Positions 26,716-36,358 of a stretch of DNA of 41,578 nt are shown piece by piece. Within the stretch, counting starts at the first letter, position 1; each line of letters starts with the position of its first letter. The stretch lies in NCBI GenBank assembly GCA_016840855.1, contig JAEORO010000100.1, positions 1-41,578 on the forward strand, given 5' to 3'. Source of the stretch: Candidatus Thorarchaeota archaeon (GTDB lineage Archaea > Asgardarchaeota > Thorarchaeia > Thorarchaeales > Thorarchaeaceae). The notes under the pieces were generated by a model. The model was not told where the DNA came from and searched no databases. It saw nothing but the letters and a program-made list of their open reading frames with translations. The translations under genes and the position numbers were made by a program.

Positions 26716-28507
26716 GGACATTGTGATGACCGGGTTCATGGGTCGCATACTAGTTGCAGACCTCTCAAAAGAAGAAACTCACAGCCTTAAAACCGACGCA
26801 TCAATTTCAGCTAAGTTCCTTGGCGGAAGCGGATACGCAGCACGTTTTCTCTACGATTATCTTAATCCACACGCTGATTCCCTGAGTCCTGATAATATGC
26901 TTCTCTTCATGACTGGCCCATTGACGGGAACCCTTGCTCCCTGCACAGGACGTCATGTTGTTTGCGGAAAATCACCAATAACAAACCTCTGGGGAGAATC
27001 TCACGTTGGTGGACACTTTGGAGCTTTTCTAAAGTTCTCTGGGTTTGATGGTATTCTGATTAAAGGTCGAGCAAAAACCCCAATGACATTGCACATTGAT
27101 AGCGGAGAAGTATCGATGCTCTCTGCAAAAGATTTGTGGGGTGAGATGACAGGACCAACGCAGAAGCTTCTGAAGGACGAGCTTGGTCGAGTTCAAGTCT
27201 GCTGCATTGGACCTGCGGGTGAGAACCTTGTCAAATTTGCGAGCATCGTCACAGATGAGCGAGTATCGGCACGATGTGGTCTTGGTGCAGTGATGGGATC
27301 AAAGAAGCTCAAGGCCATAGCAGTTGGCGGTACGGCAAAGGTGCCCATCCAAACCCCTGATGAGTTTCGTGAATGTGCGAATTCATCAAGAAAGATACTT
27401 GGTGAGGCAATGTCAATGCTCAGCGATCAAGGAACAGTCATGTATGTGGATATCGGCATGATGTTCAATGATATGCCAATCAAGTATTTCCAAGAGATTG
27501 AATTTGATGACGCAGACCTAATCAACGCTAAATCCATGGAAGATATTCTCATTGGACGAAGTGCCTGCTATTCATGTCCAATAGGTTGTGGACGAAGAGT
27601 ATCGGTTCCAGAGTATGAATTGGATGATATAGGAGGCCCTGAATTTCAGACAGTTGCCGCATTTGGTTCTAATCTGTTAATTTCCGATTTGAAGAAAATC
27701 GCACTCATGAACAACTTATGCAATCAATATGGAATGGATACAATCAGTTGTGGAAGTACCATTGCATTTGCGACTCAACTGTGTGACATCGGAAAAGCTG
27801 ACTATGGACTCAACTGGGGTGATTCTAATCAAGTCATTGAAACTATCCATGCTATTGCCAAACGTGAAGGCATTGGTGACTTGTTTGCTGAAGGTTCACT
27901 CTCAGTTGCGAAAAAGAACTCAGCTGAAGATATTGTGCTACATGTAAGAGGACTTGAGGTCCCAAATCATGATCCTCGGGCGTTCTCGGGGATGGCAACA
28001 GTCTATACAGTTGCTTCTAGAGGAGCTTCACATATGGAGGGTGATATGTATAGTATTGATATGGGCGCTGATGTGAGAAAACTTGGCATTCTTAGTGGGG
28101 ACCGACTTGAGAATGAACTGAAGGGCGAGATTGCAGCAAGAGCCCAAGACTACAGAGCGTTCTTTGATAGTGTGATAATGTGTCATTTTGCCATTGTTCC
28201 ACCAGAAACAATCATAGAACTATTGAACTTGGCACTTGGATACTCCTACCAGCTCGAAGATGTCTTAATGATTGGTGCTCGCGCAGTAACAATGAAACGA
28301 CTCTTTAATCTCAAATGCGGTTTGAAAACTAAGGACGAAAAATTACCAAAACCCTTACTGATACCGCACGCCGAGAGTGTCACAGATGATTTTGTCCCAG
28401 ATGTTGATGCTCAACTGGAGGAGTATTATAATTATAGAAAGTGGGACAGGAAAACAGGTTGTCCTTCTGACATAGCACTTGAGAAACTGGGATTATCCGG
28501 ACTATAA
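26705..28507 (+). CDS. aor: Tungsten-dependent aldehyde:ferredoxin oxidoreductase family protein
   Basis: GFMGRILVADLS, FLGGSG, KSPIT, IGPAGEN, GAVMGSKKLKAI, CYSCPIGC, YGMDTIS, HDPR. Start is 26705 or 26726. Confidence 0.93.
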   Translation: MNSEDIVMTGFMGRILVADLSKEETHSLKTDASISAKFLGGSGYAARFLYDYLNPHADSLSPDNMLLFMTGPLTGTLAPCTGRHVVCGKSPITNLWGESHVGGHFGAFLKFSGFDGILIKGRAKTPMTLHIDSGEVSMLSAKDLWGEMTGPTQKLLKDELGRVQVCCIGPAGENLVKFASIVTDERVSARCGLGAVMGSKKLKAIAVGGTAKVPIQTPDEFRECANSSRKILGEAMSMLSDQGTVMYVDIGMMFNDMPIKYFQEIEFDDADLINAKSMEDILIGRSACYSCPIGCGRRVSVPEYELDDIGGPEFQTVAAFGSNLLISDLKKIALMNNLCNQYGMDTISCGSTIAFATQLCDIGKADYGLNWGDSNQVIETIHAIAKREGIGDLFAEGSLSVAKKNSAEDIVLHVRGLEVPNHDPRAFSGMATVYTVASRGASHMEGDMYSIDMGADVRKLGILSGDRLENELKGEIAARAQDYRAFFDSVIMCHFAIVPPETIIELLNLALGYSYQLEDVLMIGARAVTMKRLFNLKCGLKTKDEKLPKPLLIPHAESVTDDFVPDVDAQLEEYYNYRKWDRKTGCPSDIALEKLGLSGL

Positions 28508-28556
28508 TACGCAGTCCGACAGCCTTATTCCACAAGTCTTTAGGCGCCAGACGTCG

Positions 28557-29495
28557 GTGGTGAAAGCAATCCAATCAATCAACAATCTACTCTCTCAGAT
28601 TCTACTCTTCTATGGTTTCATTCTATTAGGCTACCTGATTTCACGTATATCGAATAAAGGAAAAACATTCAACAAGTATCTTAACTCCCTACTCATCAAT
28701 ATCCTATTGCCAATTCTTATCATCTATACCTTTCTTACATCAAGTCTGACTTCATTTGTGGAGATACCAATTTTCCTCTTACTTGTCGTTGCTATTCACC
28801 TTCTGGGACCTGTGATGATTTATTTCAGACTTCGAAGACGTGATCTCACAAACCAGACTAAAGGCTCTCTTTTCATCTGTTCCACCTTTAATAACGCACT
28901 TTTCATCCCTCTTCCTCTTGCCCTTATGTTCATAGGCACACCCGCAGTGCCTTTTGTGATTATGTGTTCGCTAACACAGATGATTCTCTTTGTCACTCTC
29001 GGTTCTGCTATGGGAGCTACCTTTGGGGGGGATGATGCAGGCTGGAAGAAGGTGGCGAGAGATGCGGCTACTTTTCCACCATTTCTAGCCATAGTAGTGA
29101 CTCTTGTCCTTCTTGGACTCAATGTTCAGCTCCAAGATGATATTGCCTTAATACTATCCTACAATTCGCCTCTCACAACATATCTTGCCCTGGTTTCGGT
29201 TGGCCTTGGAGTGGGGGTTCGATTTTCTCTTTGGAACATTCGTACAGCCCTAAATGTTATTGTGGTACGCCAGCTAGTTATTCCACTAATCATCTTCCCA
29301 CTCATCTTAATCTCAACCCTTTCGCAAGTACCTGTTCAGGTGCTCATTTTGGAGTCTCTAATGCCCCCTGCTGTATTGACTGTTGTCTATGCATCTGGAT
29401 TCAACTTAGATGTTGAAATTGCTGCGACTACAGTCACAGTTGGCACACTTCTATTATTACCACTCATCCCAGTTCTTCTACTTATTCTAGGATAA
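28557..29495 (+). CDS. AEC (auxin efflux carrier/malate permease) family transporter
   Basis: About 10 TM helices; ILLP, FNNALFIPLPL, FPPFLA, MPPAV motifs. Start uncertain (track gives 28479). Confidence 0.85.
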   Translation: MVKAIQSINNLLSQILLFYGFILLGYLISRISNKGKTFNKYLNSLLINILLPILIIYTFLTSSLTSFVEIPIFLLLVVAIHLLGPVMIYFRLRRRDLTNQTKGSLFICSTFNNALFIPLPLALMFIGTPAVPFVIMCSLTQMILFVTLGSAMGATFGGDDAGWKKVARDAATFPPFLAIVVTLVLLGLNVQLQDDIALILSYNSPLTTYLALVSVGLGVGVRFSLWNIRTALNVIVVRQLVIPLIIFPLILISTLSQVPVQVLILESLMPPAVLTVVYASGFNLDVEIAATTVTVGTLLLLPLIPVLLLILG

Positions 29496-29504
29496 TGGTT
29501 TATT

Positions 29505-29882
29505 GTGCAATCTGAAGGCATATATCGTCTCTACACTCATGAATCCAATACGGTGACAGCTTTGAGCAAGCACGAATCTGAAAAAACCAGCGATCCAGAA
29601 GCAATTAAGAAGTCATTAGATGATATTGTTGAAAAGCTCGACAAAGATGCAGATGGTAGTAAGAGCTGGGGCGACTCAGTCACCTCAAACAAAGAGAAAT
29701 GGGAACTAGTGAAAAAGGAGATTCATGACCGTCAAAAAGCACTGAAGCAAATTGTAATGGATAAGAAAGCTGGAATCATTGGTGTTGATGAGTTTGAAAC
29801 CAAGTATAAAAAACTCCAAGATGAACTGACGGAATTAGAATTTATTGTATACAACATGCGCCTTGGTACAAAGGTTCAATGA
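29505..29882 (+). CDS. Hypothetical charged coiled-coil protein
   Basis: K/E-rich helical ORF filling the gap; the true start is probably the TTG near 29562. Confidence 0.65.
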   Translation: MQSEGIYRLYTHESNTVTALSKHESEKTSDPEAIKKSLDDIVEKLDKDADGSKSWGDSVTSNKEKWELVKKEIHDRQKALKQIVMDKKAGIIGVDEFETKYKKLQDELTELEFIVYNMRLGTKVQ

Positions 29883-29892
29883 TCCTGCTTCG

Positions 29893-30954
29893 CTACTCAG
29901 CTCGAGCATGTAATATCAGAAGTCCTGATTCAATGGTGACAAGAATTCCAAGAATACTTGATAATGCAACTAATCCAATGTTAATCGTGTTATCTCTAGA
30001 AACTCCTGATCTCCCTTCTAAACCCGACACAAGAGCTCCGAGGTTATAATTCATCATCCAGAAGTATTCCGATTCAGTAAAAAATACAGTCTTCCACCAG
30101 ATTAGGATGCCACCATAATCTGCCTGAAGTTGATAGGCAAATTCCCCACCAGCTTGAACTTGGGCAATATCAGAACCAATGATAAGATTGATACTGCCAT
30201 TTCGAATTGCTTCCTGGACTTCCAATAATCTCGGACCTGAGATCGTAATTTGCTCAACTTGAAGAACTGCATCGCAGATGATCCCAAATGTTTCTGCAAC
30301 ATAAGCTTCAGCTGGAGAAACGACAACTGCATGCATCTCGGAAAAACTGTGGATGTCATTTAGAGAACCAATCGAATCTTCTAATTCTTGCATCTTATCT
30401 ACAAATGCGGCAAAATTCAAATCCCATTCAGATGCCATGGTCGTGTTAAGAGTAGTCAATGCCCAACGAGTGGCATTGGCTATCGCTATTGCATTCTTTG
30501 GTAACAACCAGAATCCGTGTGGATTTCCTTCATGATCATGGTCCTCGTCTTCTTGAACCCCTCCTCCTGGCATTGGTGAAAATTCTGCCCCATAATCCTC
30601 GTAATTCTCCAACGCATCAATATCGTGAAATGTGATGAATGGTTTTGAGGTCAGGTTAGCCAATTCCCCCTCCCAGCGAAGATGTCCAGTGAAAACGAGC
30701 AAGTCTGCTTCTGCCGCTGTGGCAATCATCTCGGGATCCACATCAGTTGAATGAGGATCTGCTTCCTGTTTCAGGAGAACTTCGGTGCTATACTCTGAAC
30801 CTACCACCTCTTGAACTATGCCTGCGAGAGAAGATACTGAAACTGCAATACTTCTCGTTGGCAATTGTGCATGCACCTCCAATGTCACGCCACTGATTAC
30901 TAGTGGTAGTAGCAACAACATTAGTGGTATCAAGGCCACTCTCTTTTGATTCAC
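29893..30954 (-). CDS. ZnuA/TroA-like metal-binding protein with C-terminal membrane anchor
   Basis: ADPHS, EDEDHDHEGNPHGFW His loop, signal peptide, C-terminal TM helix. Confidence 0.88.
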   Translation of the reverse strand: MNQKRVALIPLMLLLLPLVISGVTLEVHAQLPTRSIAVSVSSLAGIVQEVVGSEYSTEVLLKQEADPHSTDVDPEMIATAAEADLLVFTGHLRWEGELANLTSKPFITFHDIDALENYEDYGAEFSPMPGGGVQEDEDHDHEGNPHGFWLLPKNAIAIANATRWALTTLNTTMASEWDLNFAAFVDKMQELEDSIGSLNDIHSFSEMHAVVVSPAEAYVAETFGIICDAVLQVEQITISGPRLLEVQEAIRNGSINLIIGSDIAQVQAGGEFAYQLQADYGGILIWWKTVFFTESEYFWMMNYNLGALVSGLEGRSGVSRDNTINIGLVALSSILGILVTIESGLLILHARAE

Positions 30955-30988
30955 CGCGAATTCTCCAGAGCATCATTTAGCCAAATCC

Positions 30989-31016
30989 TTAATAACAATT
31001 ATGAAATTGTTACTAA
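30989..31016. promoter_or_regulatory. Inverted-repeat operator between the divergent znuA-like and nikR-like genes
   Basis: TTA-A-TAACAATT-ATGA-AATTGTTA-C-TAA in a 79-bp divergent intergenic region. Confidence 0.7.
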
Positions 31017-31033
31017 TTATTGGGTTACTCTAG

Positions 31034-31447
31034 GTGTTGAAAATGTCGTTTGAACCCATCTCTATTTCGATGACAAAGTCTGATCTTGAGGAACTAGAGT
31101 TTCTCCTAAGAGCGGGCGAATTTTCAAATCGATCAGATGTAGTCCGTCACGCGCTCAAGACACTGTTGTCGGAGTATCGAAATATTGAGAATGCAGATGG
31201 AGTGATAACTGCAGTCTTTTCAGTACTCTATCACAAGAAAGGACGAGGCCACAAAATCAGTGCAGTTCAGCATGAGTTTAAGGACAATATTATAGCGACT
31301 ATTCACTCACATACCAGTGATGGTAGTTGTGTTGAAGTAATGATTGTCACTGCAATGGCAGAAACTGTACGCAATTTTCTCAAGAAACTTCGTGCGCAAA
31401 AGAAAGTTCTCAAGGTCATAGCTAATATGATTGGAGGAATTTCATAA
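31034..31447 (+). CDS. nikR: NikR-family RHH-ACT metal-responsive regulator
   Basis: ISISM...NRSDVVRHAL ribbon-helix-helix; QHEF...IHSH...SCVEV supplies the H,H,H,C NikR metal site. Confidence 0.85.
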   Translation: MLKMSFEPISISMTKSDLEELEFLLRAGEFSNRSDVVRHALKTLLSEYRNIENADGVITAVFSVLYHKKGRGHKISAVQHEFKDNIIATIHSHTSDGSCVEVMIVTAMAETVRNFLKKLRAQKKVLKVIANMIGGIS

Positions 31448-32250
31448 TGTCTACAGCTCCTCTTCTCGAAGCTAATAATCTCGCAGTTCGTTACCCTAAT
31501 GGTGAACTTGCTCTTCACGATGTTACCTTCAAGATAAAATCTCCAAGTTTCATGGCCATTATTGGACCTAATGGGTCAGGAAAATCCACTTTAGTCAAGA
31601 CCTTTCTAGGACTCATTAAACCATTCAAGGGGCATATATCAGTCAATGGTTATGACTCTGTGAAGAAGTCTGGAAAGATTCGAAAAATGGTACGTTATGT
31701 ACCTCAAAGAGACCGCATAGAGCTCACGGTACCTATGAAAGTAAAGGATATTGTCTTGATGGGTCGTCTTCTCAAGAAATTACCTCCGCGAATCGCTTCT
31801 TCAAAAGACACCAAGATAGCTAGAAACGCCTTGGAACAGGTCGATATGGCTGATTTGTGGAACCGTCCTTTTCCAGAGCTTTCTGGTGGCCAAAGACAAA
31901 GAGTCCTAGTAGCAAGAGCACTTGCTGGTGAAGGCTCTATTCTAGTACTTGATGAACCATTAGCAGGTACTGACACAGAGAGCCAAGACCTCATTGTTAA
32001 AGCTCTAGGTATGTATCACAAAGAAAACGATGTCAGTATAATCATGGTCACACATGATCTCAACCCAATCCATACTCTTGTCCATGAAGTTTTACTTCTG
32101 AAGAATACTATTGTTGGGATTGGTGAACCTTGCAGCGTGATGGATCCTGATTTGATGAGGAAAGTCTATGGTCCAACGGCAAGAATAGTAGAATATGCTG
32201 GACATCGATATTGTATGACTCAGGATTCAGGAATTGATCGTCATGATTGA
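31447..32250 (+). CDS. Metal ABC importer ATPase (ZnuC-like)
   Basis: GPNGSGKST, YVPQR, LSGGQRQR, LDEP, VTHDL. Confidence 0.93.
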   Translation: MSTAPLLEANNLAVRYPNGELALHDVTFKIKSPSFMAIIGPNGSGKSTLVKTFLGLIKPFKGHISVNGYDSVKKSGKIRKMVRYVPQRDRIELTVPMKVKDIVLMGRLLKKLPPRIASSKDTKIARNALEQVDMADLWNRPFPELSGGQRQRVLVARALAGEGSILVLDEPLAGTDTESQDLIVKALGMYHKENDVSIIMVTHDLNPIHTLVHEVLLLKNTIVGIGEPCSVMDPDLMRKVYGPTARIVEYAGHRYCMTQDSGIDRHD

Positions 32251-33190
32251 GATAATCCAATTAATTCTTGAAAGTCCTTTTCTTCAAAGAGCAATTATTG
32301 CTGCGGTGCTGGTTGCCATTGTTGCAGCAGCCAGTGGGACATTCCTTGTCTTTCGAGGACTCTCATTTATGGCGTCTGGCGTGGCTCATGCTGCTCTTGG
32401 TGGAACCGCTCTGGGAATCTTCTTGCAGGACTCTGGCCTTGTTCCCTGGTTCGATCCGATACTTGGAGCATTATTATTCAGCATATTAGTAGCAATCTTT
32501 ACAGGATATGCTGGGGAATCAGGAATAGCTCAAAAAATGGAGGTTGCGGTTGGTGTTTCTTTTGCGCTCTCAATGAGCCTTGCGGTCTTTCTGATGTACT
32601 ACATCCCGCCCTATAGAGTTCCTCAGATATGGGGATATCTCATTGGAGATATTCTACTTCTTAGCAATCTTGATGTAATCATGTTGGCTGGCACTACGGT
32701 TCTTCTAGGATTCATCACTTTGATGTTCAACAAAGAGTTCGTCTACGTCAGTGTTGACATGGAGGGCTCTGTTGCACACGGAATGAATGCAAGAGCCTAT
32801 CATTATCTGATGCTCATTGTTTCAGCACTTGCTATCGCACTTGCTACCAAAGCTGTAGGAGCAATACTTGTCTATGCAATAATGGTAGCTCCTGCAGCTG
32901 CTTCGAATGAGCTCGTAAGATCAGTCCGTGGAGTGATCTTTTCTGTGTTTATCATTGCTCTTGTCGCAGAACTTGTAGGAATAGCTACATCGTTCATTGT
33001 TTATGTTTCACCAAGTGCTATTGCAGGTATCCTCGCAGCGCTTAGCTATCTAATAGCGCTCCAATTAAAACGCGTTCGCGAAAGAGTATCTGCCGAAATG
33101 TCTGAAAAGAAGTCTCAACCTGAAGAGCTACCTCGCATCTTTAAAGAATCATTATCTGTTAGTCAAGATAGTGAGCATAATCATTATTGA
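32243..33190 (+). CDS. Metal ABC importer permease (ZnuB-like, ABC-3)
   Basis: FLQRA, GTFLVFRG, AHAALGG, YLIGDIL, VGAILV; His-containing tail. Confidence 0.92.
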   Translation: MIEIIQLILESPFLQRAIIAAVLVAIVAAASGTFLVFRGLSFMASGVAHAALGGTALGIFLQDSGLVPWFDPILGALLFSILVAIFTGYAGESGIAQKMEVAVGVSFALSMSLAVFLMYYIPPYRVPQIWGYLIGDILLLSNLDVIMLAGTTVLLGFITLMFNKEFVYVSVDMEGSVAHGMNARAYHYLMLIVSALAIALATKAVGAILVYAIMVAPAAASNELVRSVRGVIFSVFIIALVAELVGIATSFIVYVSPSAIAGILAALSYLIALQLKRVRERVSAEMSEKKSQPEELPRIFKESLSVSQDSEHNHY

Positions 33191-33291
33191 TCTCTCCTAG
33201 TTGTAGTAGAAGACATTTACAATGTTGAATCGGTCGGTATGTTTAAGAGTGAAACGTAAATCCTCGGGTTCTAGGGTCGGTGTGAAGAACA

Positions 33292-33690
33292 GTGAGTGAT
33301 GAAATCCCCGAAAGAAGTGAAATGATACGTTCAACTATTATTACAATCCTTCTCACTGCAGTTTTTATTGTCCTGGGACTAGCTTTCTGGGCGTGGTCTT
33401 CCCCAGAAGTCATTGCTACAAGCCCAGTCGGTGCAATAAACAACATGAACCCAGCAGTTACAGTTTTCCTTGAAGTTATAGTAATGCTCATGGCATTTGT
33501 CTTCCTTTCAGTAACTGTCATCAATCTAAGACTCATGCTGACAAACATTAGAGCTGGTTGGAGTGAGGTCATAATTCTTCTCATATTCATAGCAATTATG
33601 ACAACAGCCATGTTTGGCCTCTTCGTCGGTGCTGGAACAACTGCCCTATCTTTTGGTTTTGTGGTTTATGTTTATCTTCTCCAAGACTGA
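33292..33690 (+). CDS. Small membrane protein (about 4 TM helices), unknown function
   Basis: Hydrophobic segments with RAGWSE loop; GTG start and a TTTAAG box about 50 nt upstream. Confidence 0.7.
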   Translation: MSDEIPERSEMIRSTIITILLTAVFIVLGLAFWAWSSPEVIATSPVGAINNMNPAVTVFLEVIVMLMAFVFLSVTVINLRLMLTNIRAGWSEVIILLIFIAIMTTAMFGLFVGAGTTALSFGFVVYVYLLQD

Positions 33691-33890
33691 CTTCGTCGCA
33701 TATCCAAATAGACAGATGCACCAGAAGCTTTATGAGTGTAGGTCTTGGTCATCGAGTTAGAGCCTAGTGGCGGGAACGCCTAGGTTTTGTAGCAAAGAAG
33801 TTACCACAACTCATAGGAATTGTTAGATTGCATATCTTTGGAATAGTTCTGACTTCCGTGTGTTCTGGGTACTTCTTGGAGGACGATACT

Positions 33891-34622
33891 GTGTTTGGAA
33901 TCTCTGGCGCTGGTTATGATATGAGTACCAGCATCTTTAGTCCCGATGGACGAATATTTGCCGCTGAGTATGCGAAAAAGGCGGTTGAACAGGGAGCTAC
34001 ATCAATAGGTATTCTTGTAGATGATGGAATTGTTATACTCGCTGAGAAAAAAATACAACCTCTGCAAGAGCCTGAAAGCGTTGAGAAAATATCAAAGATA
34101 GATGAACACATTGGTGTAGCTACTTCTGGGTTGATGGCTGATGCCCGAAAGCTAATCGCAGAAGCAAGAGTCAAAGCACAGTCATATTGGTTAACATACG
34201 AAGAAGCTGTGCCAGCAGAAGTTTTAGCTGAACACATCTGTGATCTCAAAGCTCAGTTTACTCAGGGTGGCGGTGCTAGACCGTATGGTGTAGCGATGAT
34301 TATTGGGTCAATTGACCATGATGGATCACCAAAGTTGTTTGTGACTGACCCTGTAGGTACATATTGGGGATTCTTAGCCTCAATCATTGGACGAGGAGCT
34401 ACAAGTGCTGGTGAGTATCTTGAAAAAAGATACAATCGGAAAATGAGTCTGAATGATGCTATTGAACTTGCAATAGGTTCACTTCGTGAAACCGGTGAGA
34501 AAAGCTTGACTGAAGATAATGTAGAGATTGCAAAGATTCCTGTGAAGTCACGGAAATTTGAGAAGCTTTCGAATTCCGAGATTAAGGCGTTCCTACAACC
34601 TACCAAGCCCAAGAAAACCTAA
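33891..34622 (+). CDS. psmA: 20S proteasome alpha subunit
   Basis: YD...FSPDGR...EYA, SVEKI.KIDEHIG...SGL.ADAR, GGARPYGV, TDPVG. GTG at 33891 follows GGAGG (track start 33828 is too long). Confidence 0.95.
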   Translation: MFGISGAGYDMSTSIFSPDGRIFAAEYAKKAVEQGATSIGILVDDGIVILAEKKIQPLQEPESVEKISKIDEHIGVATSGLMADARKLIAEARVKAQSYWLTYEEAVPAEVLAEHICDLKAQFTQGGGARPYGVAMIIGSIDHDGSPKLFVTDPVGTYWGFLASIIGRGATSAGEYLEKRYNRKMSLNDAIELAIGSLRETGEKSLTEDNVEIAKIPVKSRKFEKLSNSEIKAFLQPTKPKKT

Positions 34623-34636
34623 GAGTTGACTTACAA

Positions 34637-35368
34637 ATGATGCGTGGAGGATCAGGCAGGAAGACTGGAGACAAATGGGTTGATCTTGATGCAGTTGTTG
34701 TCGGACTGCAAAAAGGTCATCTTCGTTTCGAGCTGTTAGTAGATCCGAATCTTGCATTTGATTACAGACGCGGCGAGGATATCCCTCTTGAAGACATTCT
34801 GAAATCATATCATGTCTATGAGGATGCAAAACGTGGTGAACATGCAACAGAGACCCTCGTGAAAGATGCGTTTGGGTCTGATGATATCTTTGATATTGCC
34901 CCTGAAATCATCAAACAAGGTGAATTCAGACTTACACACGAGCAAAGAGATCAGCTAATCGAAGAGAAGACTGAAACAATAATAGATCACATCGCAAAAC
35001 GTGCAATGAATCCTCAGACTGGTCATCCCCATCCACCTGACAGAATTAGACAAGCTATGTTAGAAGCAAAGGTACGAGTTGACCCTTTCGTCAGTGTGGA
35101 TGAACAGATTCCAAATGTCGTGAAAGCACTTCGTGTAATCATTCCCATATCTTTTGAGAGCGTAAAACTACAGATCACATTACCCGCATCTTTCTCGGGT
35201 AAAGGATACAACATGGTAGCAAACGCGGGTGTAATCAAATCTCAATCATGGGGACAAGATGGGTCGTGGACAGGCCTCGTTGAGATTCCTGCACAGAAAC
35301 GGCAAGAACTCTATGATGAGCTCAATAAACTGACGAAAGGGCAGATTCGGATTGAAGTCGTCAGATGA
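34637..35368 (+). CDS. Ribosome maturation factor SBDS/Sdo1
   Basis: FELLVDP, DAKRGE, LTHEQR, NPQTGHPHPPDRI, EIPA; conserved position after psmA. Confidence 0.95.
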   Translation: MMRGGSGRKTGDKWVDLDAVVVGLQKGHLRFELLVDPNLAFDYRRGEDIPLEDILKSYHVYEDAKRGEHATETLVKDAFGSDDIFDIAPEIIKQGEFRLTHEQRDQLIEEKTETIIDHIAKRAMNPQTGHPHPPDRIRQAMLEAKVRVDPFVSVDEQIPNVVKALRVIIPISFESVKLQITLPASFSGKGYNMVANAGVIKSQSWGQDGSWTGLVEIPAQKRQELYDELNKLTKGQIRIEVVR

Positions 35369-35428
35369 GCATGAATGAAAGATAAACAATTGAAAATTAT
35401 AATCATAATAAAATGAGGGAATAAATCA

Positions 35429-36358
35429 TTGGCAGTATATTTCCAGAAAAGAGAAGTAGTTGTCCCTGGCCAATTGCTCGCAGAAGGCAGGTATAGAGCC
35501 TCCTTTGGCACATATGGCGAGGATGGCAAGATTTTCTCCTCACTCGTGGGACTAGCAGAATTGAGAGGAAACACTGTGAAAGTGGTTGCTCTTGAAGGCG
35601 CATACATCCCTAAGGAAGGAGATTTGGTAATTGGTGTAATAACTCTAGTAGCAGGCAATAATTGGAAAGTCGACGTAGGTGGTCCATATGGTGCCTCCCT
35701 TCACGCAAATAATGCGTTAAGGAGACCCTACTCTGAAGACATCTCCGAGTACATGGATATTGGAGATGCAATCGCTGCTGAAGTTATAGCTTTTGACAGG
35801 GTGAGTGGTCCATTTCTTGGTATGAAAGGACGTGGCTTAAGGGTACTTCAAGGAGGGATGATTCTAGATGTAAGTCCTGCTAAAATCCCACGGATAATTG
35901 GGAGAAGAGGATCTATGATCAACATGATCAAAGATCACTTGAATATCCAAACTATGGTGGGTCAGAACGGACGAATTTGGATTCGTGCTCCCACTACAGA
36001 AGTTCTTCGACTTGCTATTAAAGCCTTCAAGACCATCGAAGCTCAAGCACATACGTCAAAGCTCACCGATAGGATAAGCGCGATGCTTGAAGAAGAGATG
36101 ACAAAAATCAAAGTGGATAGCAAGTTGGAGGTTGAGATCGACTCAGAAGAAGCCAGTAATCTTGAAAATGGCTCTGAAGTTGAGGAAGCTCTCGAGGAAA
36201 TGCCTGACGAGGTTGATTTTGAACCAAACGAGGAGCTGGAAACTGAATTTGAGTCTGAGGTCGTAGTAGAACCCGAAGACGAAGCAATAGATGTAGAAGC
36301 TGAGGCTGAAACAAAAGAAGAAGAAGATGAGAAAAAAACCAAGAAGGTGCGTAAATAA
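35429..36358 (+). CDS. rrp4: Exosome RNA-binding cap Rrp4 with a long acidic tail
   Basis: VVPGQLL, YIPKEGDLVIG (S1), PRIIGRRGSMI and VGQNGRIW (KH), EAQAHTSKLTDRI. Confidence 0.95.
   Translation: MAVYFQKREVVVPGQLLAEGRYRASFGTYGEDGKIFSSLVGLAELRGNTVKVVALEGAYIPKEGDLVIGVITLVAGNNWKVDVGGPYGASLHANNALRRPYSEDISEYMDIGDAIAAEVIAFDRVSGPFLGMKGRGLRVLQGGMILDVSPAKIPRIIGRRGSMINMIKDHLNIQTMVGQNGRIWIRAPTTEVLRLAIKAFKTIEAQAHTSKLTDRISAMLEEEMTKIKVDSKLEVEIDSEEASNLENGSEVEEALEEMPDEVDFEPNEELETEFESEVVVEPEDEAIDVEAEAETKEEEDEKKTKKVRK

Noticed and set aside
33828-33890. N-terminal extension of the proteasome alpha subunit
   Set aside because: GGAGG followed by GTG at 33891 gives a normal-length N-terminus.
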